From Diadema antillarum (lineage: Eukaryota): 64,000 nucleotides of DNA. The position numbers and the translations under genes were made by a program. The stretch is from positions 620,001 through 684,000 of the forward strand of contig NW_027272299.1 in the NCBI RefSeq assembly GCF_040938485.1, in the 5' to 3' direction. Positions within the stretch are counted from its first letter, which is position 1; every line of letters begins with the position of its first letter. Positions 1 through 13,706 of the stretch are shown one piece after another. The notes below the pieces were generated by a model. It was given only the letters and a program-made list of their open reading frames with translations. It did no database searches and was not told where the DNA came from.

Positions 1-9
1 GTGCAGGAT

Positions 10-14
<5 letters not shown>

Positions 15-47
<33 letters not shown>

Positions 48-1860
48 CGGGACAAACAAAACAGAGTTAGAATAGCAGGGCAACAACAACGCAGATAATA
101 GCAATTTCAATGATCTAAAGCAAAATATTGTAAATACAGATTAACATAAAAAAGTCAAACAAATGATAATATAGGCAATAATCATTTCTTGTGGAGTTTC
201 ATTATTTCATCACAAAATTTAGCTAAATTAATCAACTCACTACAATTTCTGGAAATCAATAATTGGGACATCTGTAATGTGCTCGGTCTTATTCTATAGT
301 AGGACTTAATGGATTTATTTCTGGCATTAATCAATGTATGGCATTCAAATAAATAGTGAAATTCATCACCGAGTCAATTAGAATTGAATAAATTACAAAC
401 TCGATCACAATGTTCAAGTCCCATATATCTACCAGACACAACTGGCAATCTGTGGTTGGCATAACGAAATTTTGCAAGAGTTCGCCTGAACACGCTAGGA
501 AGTTTGTATCTAAATACAAATTACATTTTGAAGATCCTGTAATTGGTACAACATGTACTGTTTTTTTTTATCTTCGACTGCCAACTTTATACAAATGCTT
601 CACGTAGTCTTCAGTTTTATCGAAGACTTAAACCACGAAGAACTTACGTTATCAAAGCTATACCTAACAAAAGACATTCCTAACTCATTAAGTGTATCAT
701 AAACTTTCAACAACCATGGCGATAGATACATCTTGTAATATATGCAAATTTTGATGGTTGAATATTTGCTCTCTTTTCCAGTGATAGACTTCAACCAATA
801 ATTAAACATTATTTCCTTAACAGTAGCTACCTACAGGCTATTTCAAACTTACCTAATTCTCCAAGAGCCATGCTATTCATAGTACAAGTGTACTTTGTGC
901 TAATCTCAGCAAATGTTTACAGTATCGAGTATGTAGACTCTCTATAGGTACTAAATTTTCATATACCTAAACTTCACTTCCATAAATTAAACAAGCCGGT
1001 CAAACAAATCTAACTAGATATCTACTGGAAGCCGCAACTTTCGAGACTTGATTAACCATTAGACTATACATTGCTCATTTGGCTTGTTCGACTTGTTCAG
1101 CTTGAGCGTTTTAAAATCACTTTTATAATTAAACACAATTAGGTAAGTATACTCATCTACAACCTCTGAATTATTCTCTTAAAGGGCTTAAATTTTTCCT
1201 CTTGGGAAAATCATTACTTTTATTTTACTGACATTAACTTGAAGTAACCACAATTTGCAGTAATCACTGACAGCATTGAGTGCAGACTGCAATTCTTTCT
1301 CACTAATTGCTAGGATCAAAAGTATCATCGGCATACATCAATGAGGAGAGGTTTAGAAATACATCTATTCCTTCATCATGTAATACGGCCGACAAATTAT
1401 TAGGCAGAAAATCAACACCATTATATGCGGAACTTACATTATCTTGAAAATCATTTATGTTTACAACGCAAATAGCAAAGGAGATAGATTCTAACCCGTT
1501 GACCTAGTCTCACTCCAATATAACAATTAAAAAACTCAGAACGCTGTGAATTGTTGAGAACACACGACTTCAGATTTTGAAAAATATTTCGGATTACGTC
1601 CAAAACTTTTACCTGTATATAATGTGTAGATAGCAACTTTTTAAAACATGTTTTCTTATAATTCATAAACGCACAATAAACTCTTTTTCTCTGTGATAAA
1701 TACAAGTCAATAACTGAGTGCAATACAAATATGTATTGTATAAGTAAAGTATATGTATGTACATGTATAAGTAAACAGTAGAATAAGTCTCTCTAAATCC
1801 TGCCTGTTCTTCCTCGATCGCAAGGTTATCATCAAGAAATCTGTTCATCTATCATTAATT
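15..1860 (-). mobile_element. Degenerate LINE (RT region to 3' end)
   Basis: Broken frames: EEQAGFRETYST, RVYCAFMNYKK, FFNCYIGVRLG, and LAKFRYANHRLPVVSGRY near 430-490; (TC)n tail at 15-45. Confidence 0.75.
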
Positions 1861-2004
1861 ATTGAAGTAAATAATTTGCCAATGCAACTTAATAAAAATA
1901 TTCTACGGTAATTATCAGGGTCATTAACAGAACCTTTCTTTTTGTAAATAGGGCGTATCATACTAATCGTCCAATCCGTTGGAATGATTCCGGTATCCAC
2001 AACT

Positions 2005-2480
2005 AAATTAAATTTGATTTGATTTGATTTGATTTGATTTTATTGGTTCCTGCATTATATCATTGCTCATGCAGATACATACACATATATCATATACATT
2101 GATGGTACCATACATATAAATGGAAATACATAAACATTAATTGCTAACAAGGTAAGTTTCTTCATTACCTTTAGAATGTACAGCAATACAGTTTCTTCAT
2201 TGCCTTTACAATGTACAACAGAACATAATCAGTGATGCAATGAGAAACGCAGAAGGGCTACAGCTTAAGCATTGCTTGATTTGCATGCAGCTCTCGTACA
2301 TAATATATAACATAAAGGAAAATAAGGGGAGGGATGACTTGCAAATCTTTTAGCTTTCACATTCACTAGAGACGCATTGCTGGTTTTTTTTTTTATATCA
2401 TTAAGTATCAAATCAACACCAGATGCTTTACAAGCTCTGCTTTTCTGTGGATCAGTCTTTTTCATCGTCATATGATATAT
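2005..2480 (-). mobile_element. LINE 3' end fragment
   Basis: aagcaatgcttaagctgtagccc motif followed (on minus) by a (aaatc)n tail at 2005-2040. Confidence 0.5.
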
Positions 2481-2642
2481 TTTTAGTCAACCCTTCAAGG
2501 CTTATATGCATTGCTTCTCTTTATTATTCAATAAATCTGTATTTGTTATAGAGAAAACATTCAACTGGGATTCAGGCTACACTTTTTTTCAGATCTTCGG
2601 TTCAACGATTAAAAGACAAGCAGAGAGCGAAGAGATATCATG

Positions 2643-2819
2643 CAGGGGCGGATCCAGGAATTCCGTAAAGAGGGGGTGCGTTTACAAAGTTAAAGGGGGG
2701 GGGGGGGGCGCACGCACATCTCCCCAATTTTTGTCTTTTTATTTCATTTGTTTCAACAAAAACATAAAAAGGGGGGGGGTCGCGTGCGCCTGGTGCGGTC
2801 CTCCCTGGATCCGGCACTG
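2643..2819 (+). mobile_element. hAT-type MITE (caggggcggatcc family)
   Basis: caggggcggatccagg...cctggatccggcactg; homologous to 63642-63796 in the opposite orientation. Confidence 0.75.
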
Positions 2820-2825
2820 CTATGT

Positions 2826-3152
2826 GGGGTGCTGTTCGTTATTCCGAACGTTCGTTATTTCGAACGTTCGTTATTCCGAAGGTTCGATAATCCGAAACAC
2901 ACTATTCCCTATACCTAAAGTTTCGTTAATCCGAACAATTGTGGCGTTATTCAGAAGGTTCGTTAATCCGAAAATGAAATAGGGTTCGCTATTCCGAAGG
3001 TTCCTTAATCCGAAAATGAAACAGGGTTCGTTATTCCGAAGGTTCGTTGATCCGAAAATGAAATAGGGTCCGTAACGAACCTTCGGAATAACGAACCTTC
3101 GGACTAACGAACCTTCGGACTAAAGAACCTTCGGAATAAGGAACTGCAACCG
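2826..3152. mobile_element. MITE built from ttcgttattccgaagg repeats, 6-bp flanking repeat
   Basis: Imperfect TIR ggggtgctgttc / gaactgcaaccg; ctatgt on both sides; internal repeats switch orientation near 3070. Confidence 0.7.
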
Positions 3153-3255
3153 CTATGTATGATCACTTGGCTTGAGAAAGTCCATGTGAGTGGATGAAAG
3201 CTATAATCTAATAGCCGACAAAATTGCTATTAAGGTTGGTAGAAGCCGTAAACTC

Positions 3256-3398
3256 CAGGGGGCATTTCATGAAGCAGTTTGGTCGGATATTTTTCTGACA
3301 AACTGTTACAAGCTGCTGAAATCCTTGCATCTGATTGGCTGAGAGCAAATTTGTCCGACAACTTTGTCGGACAAAATGCTTCATGAAATGCCTCCCTG
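3256..3398. mobile_element. ggggcatttcatgaa MITE family (copies at 34243-34384 and ~42376-42516)
   Basis: TIR ggggcatttcatgaagc / gcttcatgaaatgcc; shared core gattggctgagagcaaattt. Confidence 0.75.
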
Positions 3399-3839
3399 TT
3401 GTACTTATACATTCTGAATCGTACTTTATGAGTCACCGTGTGCCAAACATAATTATTTCTTACAAAACAGTGCTAAAAATATGACTTGTGAAACGTTTGC
3501 TTTGTATCATGTTGTGAACTTCTTTTGGACGGAAATAAACTATCATGGAAAAAAAAAAGTGTTACAAGTAAATGAGTGAATGAGGTGGAGAGAGAGAGAG
3601 AGAGGGGGGGGGGGCGGGGAGAGAAGCAGGCAGAGAGAGAAGAAGAGATATCATATAGAACATTTCAACATAAGGATATCAAAAAACCGTGAAAGGGGAG
3701 TAGAATGTCACAAAAAGTTTAGGACATTGTTCTCAGCCTGTCCTCAGGTGAAATGCTTCTGTTCAAAGTATAGTGTGATAATAGTTTGCTACATAATGAT
3801 AACGTAGATAAGTATCATATCTATCGTAGATAGGTATCG

Positions 3840-4306
3840 CATTGCTTTTTTTTATTGTCGAACCTCCGAGGATCGTTGCCTCTCTTGTGTTAGTCTGATC
3901 CTTTCTAACGTGTCGTCATTAATTTTGTGCTGTCCCAATATTTTTGTTCCAAACTTTTTGCTGTTGCTTTGATGCCGGTGTTTATCAATATTTTCATGGA
4001 TTTTTTTTTTCCACGAGGGACCCACACTCTATACAAGCATTGTCTTTTCAGTGGGTCCCTCCATTTTTCGCACACTGTATATATTGATATTTCACTTTGA
4101 TTACTTCAGTCTCATTACAATGTATCCTTACCGTAAATTACGCTATCGATATCGTTACTGTAAGTTTACAGTTATTGTAGTTTACTCTATTCAGTCCACA
4201 TTGTTTTGTTTACATTATTTCTGTCACCACGGAAAGTGAAATCCATATCATTATGTTACTGTCGAATAATGGAAATAAATTTGAATTGAATTTGATTTGA
4301 ATTGAA
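3840..4306 (+). mobile_element. 3' end fragment of the same LINE family
   Basis: gagggacccacac...acaagc...gtgggtccctcc matches the 16400-16446 motif; ends aataaa + (gaatt/gattt)n. Confidence 0.7.
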
Positions 4307-4634
4307 TCGTGGTATTGCCATAATCCTCAAGGAATATTTCAGTTTCAGTTTCAGTAAGTTTTATTTCTCCACTTGTACATAACAGAAAATAAGTATTACA
4401 CGTATTGTACACGTATAGAGAAGAATATCAATTTTTTAATGTTGATTTAGCCTCTCAACGTTCTAATCTTATCCACTTTCCATCTTTTAAGGGATGGATG
4501 ACTAAAATCTACTCCATAGCTGAGATAATTTTATCCCATGCAAGTAGATCACTAGATCAGGTAGTTTGAATCGCAATCCAAGACAGGTATAAATCGATTT
4601 TGCTGCGTGAAGGCGATTAGAACATATTCTTGCA

Positions 4635-4981
4635 CTACTGCTTGTATTTAGCCAACATTTTGTTGAGGCACTTTGTGACTTCGCAGCAGAAGTAGTACCA
4701 CTCCATCCCATGGGCTGCTTTGTCCACCTTGTCGGGATGGTAGCAGGCGATTGCTTGGAGAAGGCATTTTTTCGCTGATCCCGATGACTTTGCGTTGCAA
4801 TTCATGGCAACGGTGCTGGATTTAGGGGGCCAAGCATCGAAGAGCTTCTGAACGAACATTTCAGTGGACAGGGAAGATGCCGTCAGTGAATTGAGTTTCT
4901 TCAGCTTGGGTTTCAGTGACTCCAAAGCCCTAGTCTTCTCCTCAGTCTCTTGCTTTTCCCGCTCCAAACGTCTTTGAAGTT
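4635..4981 (-). CDS. Exon 10: coiled segment and C-terminal J-domain-like region
   Basis: ttgcag|AA...; SAKKCLLQAIACYHPDKVDKAAHGMEWYYFCCEVTKCLNKMLAKYKQ*; HPDK motif lies between two predicted helices. Confidence 0.85.
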
Positions 4982-7900
4982 CTGCAAGAGGATAGACATG
5001 GACGTCGGGAACTTAAAACAGGTTTAAGAGCAAACAATTCATAACACATTATCATTCTTTAATCTACGCCTAGGGGAAAAACTTGAATGTAATGCAGTTG
5101 AATAGTGTTGATAAGCACAAGGCAGGCCGTATCTACAACTGTGATATAAATAATGTTAAGGAAATACACTGAGCACGAGTAAACCAACATCAGCTGAGTA
5201 TGATATACTAAACATTTTGTTGCCTTATTCATATATACTTACTATGCAGTTATGTGTGTGTGTGTGTGTGTGAAGTACATGGATACTATTTTCAACAACA
5301 ATACAATGCGCGACAAGTACAAGGCACAAACCATAGAAAGAAATGGGTATATAAAAACTAACAATACACGTCATTTCGGGGAAGATCAGAACAACAGCTA
5401 GGAAGATGTCCTTTAATATTCTCCCTGGAGATTATCTCATCGTGTCACAATATGTGAGGGAAAAGGGGTTATGAGAAGAAGTCATTTCAAGTGCGTGCAT
5501 GAAGGCCTACATGGGTCCCATTTCAATGTCGAGGTATGAGTCCGATACGTACCTGCTGCAGTAGCCAAGCGCTTCTTGACACTTTCCTTACAGGCATCCA
5601 CATTTTGCCGAAGGGTACGCACGTTTGTCATTACATTTCCTTCTCCGCCACACGTTCTCTCGGCATCATCCAACAAAAGGGAGCATCTCTTCATGTACCT
5701 GAAACACATTGTGACAGGGGTCAAGACTTTGAATAGATATTAGAAAAATGCATTTATCTTATTTTTTTTCTGACAAAGTTTCTCATCTTTTGATATGTGT
5801 GAGAAACAGACTGGCTTATGCATGTGCTTTATTCAATCGCAGCTCTAAAAACTCTTCTTAAGGAAGTGACGATATCATTAGTCTCCAAATCTCCCACTTA
5901 CCTGCAACGAAATCATTCTAAAGTACAATTAAAAAAATATATATGTTCATCTAATAATTATGTCCAAAAGAGGAAACATATATTATTTCTTGAATTGCAC
6001 TTAAGCAATGACTCCTTCAAAAGGAAATTACTGGCTGTTTCATAGACCAAAAGTATTTCTTTCTTAAAAGGATCGTTATCTTCACAGAGCAGGACAACAA
6101 TGCAAGAATTGTCATTGATGTCGCTTTGGCGAGAAATCATTCTACCTTGCAAAATAATTATTCCATAACTTCATTATGACCATTTTCATTTGATATAAAC
6201 TTGAACATGGCTGGAGTTTCCCCGGAATGATGAATTTGCAATGTAGCAGATGTCCAGGAGGGGTAAATTGACCCCCTCTGAGTTAACGCAAATCTTGCGA
6301 AATGTAAGTGAGTGGTCCACGAGTCCGACACTGCGTACATTTTCAGAATTACATAAACATACAGTGATACATGTACTTCCAACCAGACAATCTCTTTTTC
6401 CCCTTTTCATTGGAAGTAAATTATACAATAATGGATACAGGCGTGATACGGGGGATTTGAAAATCACAGATTATCATTTACCATACTGAATTAAATTTAA
6501 TTCAAATGCATAATGTTGTGCAAATGAAGCGTGGCATGATGTACCTTAGACACTCTTCGTACTCGTTAGTTTGGGATATTTCCAGGCCAGTGTTGTAAGC
6601 ATATTGGGCGAGCATCACTTTACCAACCGCTTTAGAGTGACAAACCGGCAGGCACTCTAGAAACTCTTCAAGTTTGGTAGCCTTGACTGTACATGAGAGA
6701 ACGTAATACAATGAGTGAATGGATTTCAGTTGTACATTATTAACATGAATGACAAGAGTAAACCCCTTACTTCTTGTGTTTAATCTGGCGTGTGAAAAGT
6801 TTTCTTAGCATTGTAGTATAAGGGACATAGACACATTGTTATCTTCTCCAAATATTAGGATGACAAGTGCATTTACACTGCTTATATTTTAACCAATTTA
6901 GTCTCAGAAACCATATTTCTTTGATTTTTCAATGATTTCACTAGGATTTGTGAGGTAGAAAAAATCAAAACATCAATCGTATTACAGCCCTTGGTTCTTC
7001 ATTGGTTCATAGTAGCAGATTTTTAAAATCTCAGCATAATTAAGGTTATACTGAATAGGTTTCTCTCTCAAAATGATTTTGAAAATTCCTTTCGGCTTTG
7101 TGTAGATTTGACAAACGTAATATAAAACATATGCAGTAGATTAATTAGTTCCAAGTATACATGACACAGGTTGATGACATTTTGAAGTAAAGTGTCCCAG
7201 CACTTGATACCTTAGATACAAAGTAATGTCTCTCCACTGAAAAAAGAATCAAACGTAATAAAATTTTTATCAATATCTGACATACTCGCAGAAAGAGACG
7301 ATGGATCAACTAGTTTGTATAGCGTATTTCATGTAGCGGATTAGCCGCTACGATTGAACATTCACAAGAAGATGACGAATTCGTTTTCATATGACGAGGA
7401 TATTTTATCAAGCAAAATTCATGAAGCAACAATATCCTCATCTTTGAAAGCTTATCAGGATAAGTTAATACAACTTTGCAGCGCTAAAGTCATTTAATGT
7501 GAAGTTTATGCTATATTCTTTTTTATTTCTTCTATTTCATTTTACTAGAGGGTATAAAGTAAACAGTGCTTGTATATCAAAATGTGAGATGTCATAACTG
7601 TCTTATTTTTGTTCATGTTTTAATGAAAGTTCCATGCCCTTCTAAATTAATTTCAATACTCTGTATACTGTTTATGTTAGTTTCAGCACAGATAAGCTTT
7701 CCAATTGAACATCATAAATTTAGTAGCATGATCAGCGCATTAAAAGATTACATCGGTCTCATATCTGGGAACTGGCTGCCTTTACAGAAAGTCGTTCAGA
7801 CTAAAAGTGTCGAGAGTAATACTTTTCCCAACGAACATACGCACATAAATGGCCTCTAATTATACAAAAATATGATAGATAGATTGCCTATTTTCTGTTC

Positions 7901-8893
7901 TTCTTTTATGTCACGGACTAAAATAATGCGCCCAAAGTGTCAAACTCAAAATTTTAAGCGTACAGTAAAGTGCGCAAAGAAATGAACACATTCTGTGATT
8001 AATGTCTGTCTACATTTAAAATAGGTCCTATTACCTCATCAGAATGATATTAAAAAAGAAAAAAAAAATCCTCTCACCCTCGACCGTCATGTGAGATACC
8101 CAGGACCGAAATTCTTGAAGACAGTTCTCGATGCATTTGCCAAGGTGGCTTCTCCATGCCAAAGGTTTGCATTTCCCCTTCGAGAATGCTCGAGCAAAAT
8201 ACTTTGCAGCATCCACGAAGTCATTTTCAATACCCTGCAGAAAGTGTTGTGAACAGTTGAACAAGGAATAATTATCTGTAAGTAGATATTTGCTTTTCCA
8301 TTTTTGTAAAAATATACATGTACAACATTGAAGGCAAAAGACAAACTACCAAATAAGATTGGCAGACTGATTGGGCAGGAGAGTTTGATATTGTTTTTCC
8401 CAAATATTGAAATTTTACAGCTTTTGAGCTTTAATTTTGCCAAATTCAAGGGATGTTTTGAGATTCTTTTCGAAAATTGTCCAGATTTCATGATGCCAGT
8501 ATGGTTTTCGGAGGTTTACCTTTGTTTTTAAAACTCTACATATCTGCTCGCCCATATATTTCTAAACTTGAAGGCTGATTTTCTGGCAACGGTTTTGTGG
8601 CAGATTTATTACAAAACATACAAAGGGAATTATAAAAATACCAAAACAAAGATATTACTCTCTAAAAAAAAATCGAGTGAAAATTTTCACTCTAAAAAGA
8701 GTGAATACAATAAAGAGTGAATTTCGAGTGAAATTGGAGTGAATTTTGAGTGAAAATGCTCATTTTCACTCATTTTGGAGAGACGTCAGGGATCACTCGA
8801 AGATTTTGGAGTGATCCCTGACGTCACTCCAAAGGTTCATTTTCACTCAAAATTCACTCCAATTTCACTCGATTTTTTTAGAGAGTATAAACA

Positions 8894-8945
<52 letters not shown>

Positions 8946-10022
8946 GTGTGTGTGTGTGAAAAGAAGAGCCAGATGGACGTAGCTAGGGTCAACGTGCCTG
9001 TTTATTGCCGGTCCCAAACGGACCTTCATCAGGGCTGTAACGATACAAAAATGACTCACTCGTATGGCTACACTAATAAATATATATTCATATATATATA
9101 CTAATATAAATCTAACTGGCGTGAGTCTATAATGACTGTGTAATCAATCAATCCGTAATTACAGCTGTATATAACATATTCCAATAATAATATACATAAT
9201 CAATTGCATATTATTGAATACATTTCATATCAAACTCGTGTTATTAATTGAGATGAAGGTATATAACAACAACACCATGCCAATTCAGTATCCTCATCTT
9301 ATGTGTTGTGTGACAGACGACTGTAATAATATCAAACTAGACATTTTTATGTTGTCGACGATAATACAGCATGTGGCAGCATTGCAAGACGTAAGTGGCT
9401 ATATAATACAGTACAACAGCCACGCGTCATCTTCTGGCTATCGTATAATGAGGTAAATAACACTAATATACCACAACCATTCATATACATACAGTTGTAT
9501 TATATAGCCCCTTACGTCTTGCAATGCTGCCACATGCTGAATTATCGTCGACAACATAAAAATGTCTAGTTTGATATTATTACAGTCGTCTGTCACACAA
9601 CACATAAGATGAGGATACTGAATTGGTGTTTTTGTTATATACCTTCATCTCAATTAATAACACGAGTTTGATATGAAATGTATTCAATAATATGCAATTG
9701 ATTATGTATATCATTATTGGAATATGTTATATACAGCTGTAATTACGGATTGATTGATTACACAGTCATTATAGACTCACGCCAGTTAGATTTATATTAG
9801 TATATATATATATATGAATATATATTTATTAGTGGAGCCATACGAGTGAGTCATTTTTGTATCGTTACAGCCCTGATGAAGGTCCGTTTGGGACCGTAAG
9901 CTCGGCGGCAATAAACAGGCACGTTGACCCTAGCTACGTCCACCTGGCTCTTCTTTTCACACTGAATGTAAATAATGAAGGAGCTACACTGGTACTGTAA
10001 ATGGTTGAGACCCCTTCTCGCA

Positions 10023-10069
<47 letters not shown>

Positions 10070-13000
10070 CATACATAGGGCTATGCCAAGGTACCTACGC
10101 AGCCGTACTTCTGTTCTTCCAAGATGATAACGAAGGGAGCGCATAACATTAGTAGAGTGTTTTGAAAGACAGCTCTGTGTTAGCCTACCTTATCCCCGCT
10201 TGGATAGTTGCCGTGTTCTCGGTATAGGGTGGCCAGTTTCAGGAAAGTCATGGCGACATTCTTGGCTGCCGAAACACCTTCCTCGTCCGTGCAAGCCAAC
10301 TGGCAGGCCTCCTTGTAAAGTTCCAGGGCTTCTTTGAGGCAACGAACCCTTTGTAGCGACCCAGCCTCATGGTCATCAGCTGACTTGAAAAGCCCATTCC
10401 CCAAAGTCCTCTTCTCCACTGATGCCGAGGCGGGAGGGGCAGTTACTCTGGCAGATGTTCTCGTGATTTCGTCTATCAAAAAGCCGTAACGTTAAAAAGA
10501 TACATGATCTTGTTTCTTCTCAATTTTCGTGTTTTTCATTTTCTTCTTAAAGATATCATTTACAACTTGCAGATGACAAACAAAACCCCAGCTTTAGTGC
10601 TTCAAAATAGTTCCGAAATGTGAGTTAGGGATAGAAACAACCAATGTACAATTCTAAATCTGTGTAATCAATGTTAAGTTTTGTTAAATATACAAAATGG
10701 GAACAATAGTTATGATAAAAATGTTTCTAGACTAAACAATCTACAAGTATGGTTTATGGAGAAAAATATTGATATCTCGTTATATTTTAGGCTTTATTGC
10801 GAAATTTGATATGGTAGGGTATTTTGTGATACATCTGACCTACACACATGCAGAAAATGTGATATCTTGAACATTTTTGAATCACTGCTCCCAATGGTAA
10901 ACAGTACCTTTAACACTTTAAGTATTTGTGGAAAATTGAGCAGAGAAAATGGGATTCCATCAGGATCCCATTTTCTTTGCTCAATTTCCACGAATAAGAA
11001 TTAATGATATTCATTTCTGGTCAGTTTCCATTTGTTTGCCTTTAACACTTTAAGTAGGAGAAATTATTCAAGGGTTAACGTATATCCATCCTGATCAAAG
11101 TAATCATCGTCCCATGCACGACGGCTGAATATTATGACACACGTGCCGTTCATAACGATCCGTTGAGTTTGTCACAAAGTAACAGAATGGTGAATTTTGG
11201 ATTCCCCAACGACCCCTCCGATCAATTAATACGGTCTTGTGTTGGGTTTGGGTTACATTTTACTGTTAAGGTAAGAGTCGTATCTAAGAAATAACCTGCT
11301 GACTTGGTCATTCGCCTCTTGACTATTTTAATACAGGCATTCACGGCCTTCCGAAGGCGAGGTAAGGATGTTTCCTCAGCTAATCCATCGTACAAGCTCT
11401 CGGCATTGTCCAGCACACCTAAGCATTTCGTCATGTACCTGAAATGCATTGTGAAAATAATCACAGATTTAAGTAGGAACTACATGAAAACTAATATTCA
11501 GTGGGACTCTTTTTTATTCACATATATCATCAATTAAACTTGGTAGACGCCTCATAAAACACGGATCCTAAAGGATCTACACGGTGATCTGGGGAGATCC
11601 GGGGAGATCCTTGGAGATCCTGGGAGACACGGGGAGATCCGGGATAGTTTCGACCTCGACGGAGTGTCGACGAGCGTTGATATGACTGTACACACGGGAT
11701 GTCTACGTGACTGGGGCATAAGGCTTGGCAATTGCTTCACCTTCCAATGANNNNNNNNNNNNNNNNNNNNNNNNNNNNNNNNNNNNNNNNNNNNNNNNNN
11801 NNNNNNNNNNNNNNNNNNNNNNNNNNNNNNNNNNNNNNNNNNNNNNNNNNNNNNNNNNNNNNNNNNNNNNNNNNNNNNNNNNNNNNNNNNNNNNNNNNNN
11901 NNNNNNNNNNTATGTTATGGAGACATGTGTTCCAATTTAGTCTGTAGCCCAATTCGTTTATAAGAGTCAGCACTTTGAGGAAGTAAACTTTTATAGGAGC
12001 ATGGAAAGAAAGAGCATATCAACATAATTTTGACCAAATAATGAAAATGCTAGAAGTTAAGATTGTTACGACTGTTTTTTGTATAAATTTTTCTGCTAAT
12101 GGATTCCCAAAGCCACTAAAGGACAATCGAGAAAGTAGTAATGTCGCGACGAAAACTATAGTCATTATTTCGTTTAAGTTTGATATTTCCTACATTTCCC
12201 TTGAAGAACTATTTTTCAGTGCTAATGTATAGTAAAGAATGAACTTTTTTTAATTCAGTTATGACACGGATTATGTTTTAAGACCCCATGCAACCCTCCC
12301 CTTCCCACAAAAGTGTTGATGATAGCAATACACATTTTGACAGACTATCAACAATGCTGACCAGAAACAGTTTCATGCAATGACACCTACCAGTAAACTA
12401 GTAACCACTGAGTATCACAAAATGTTCGAACTCTGGAAATAACCATGAAAGGTAAACGTAGGAATACATACTGCAGGCATCCCTCGCGGTCGGTTTTGGC
12501 TTTTTCAAAGCCAATTTCGTAGAGACCCAAAGCCAAGAAAAGTTTAGCTCTTGCTTTGGCTCTACTGTTCGGCAGGCGTTCTTGAAAAGCATCCAGTCTA
12601 AACGCCTTGTCTGGAAGTAAAATAACATGCAGGGAAAGAGTTCGATCTATGAGTTTTATGATTATCTCCCTTAAAACCTCATGCTCTGTCAGAATTCCCT
12701 TGAGCTAAATATTCTCAAAATTGTGGTTAAGTGAACCTTCTTTATTCCGTGTATTATTATCCGCGATACTGCCGGCAATTTCATGCCCCAGTCACACAGT
12801 GCTTTACGATGGATTACGTCCGCCGCGGATAGATACGAATGAGTGGACGCAGGGGGACGCAGCGTGGACGCAGGCATCCGCAGGGACGTATGTAGACGTA
12901 ACTGTCCGTAACTCATCCGTAAAGAAACGCAAAATGACGTCGCCAAACCTGCGAAATTTTGAAATGTTCAAAATTTCGCAGATTGACGCCACGGACGCAA

Positions 13001-13659
13001 ACTTACGCAAGTAACCGTAACCAAACGTAACTATCCGTAACTGAACGTAACTATCCGTGGCTTGGACGCAGACCATCCGCAAAAAGATTTATCTCCCGTC
13101 GGTTTGCGTTCGCTTACGTCCACCGTAAGTATCCGAAATTTACCGCAAGTTAACGTATCACAACAGTTTCGTCCGCTTACGGATATTTACGGATAGCTAC
13201 GGATGCTGCGGGCAATTACGTCCTTCGACGTTTTCCGTTTTCCACTCGCATGGGAACACAGAGACTCGTGGGAAGGCACACTACTCCTCTTGCCAAGCTG
13301 CAGCGCCTTTACCTGAAGGAATGCTACAACACAGTCGGAGCGGTGGAGAGGCAGAACTGCGTGGTCAAATTATGAAATTTCTCCCACAATTAATGGTCAT
13401 TTTAAGTGGCACCCATATACCATGTATAATCATGACATCGGTTGACTCTTGGTGCTGAACTTTTTTTCTTGTACTCTTCGAAAGTATATTTTTCGAAAAA
13501 AGCAATATTTTGGATAGGGGATGGGGTGACAGCACCTTATTCACTTTTCTGGCCGGGGAAGGTGTGGGACAGGGGCAACTATATAAAATGAGAACGAATT
13601 TAGTATTTCTCTGTAGTCTTATCCACTTTACGCTCCATCGAATGTGTATTACATTTTTT

Positions 13660-13706
<47 letters not shown>

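Noticed and set aside
2826-3152. Regular short repeats resembling a CRISPR array (also 61895-61965 and 11580-11645)
   Set aside because: No unique spacers, eukaryotic context, and the repeats lie inside TIR-bounded elements.
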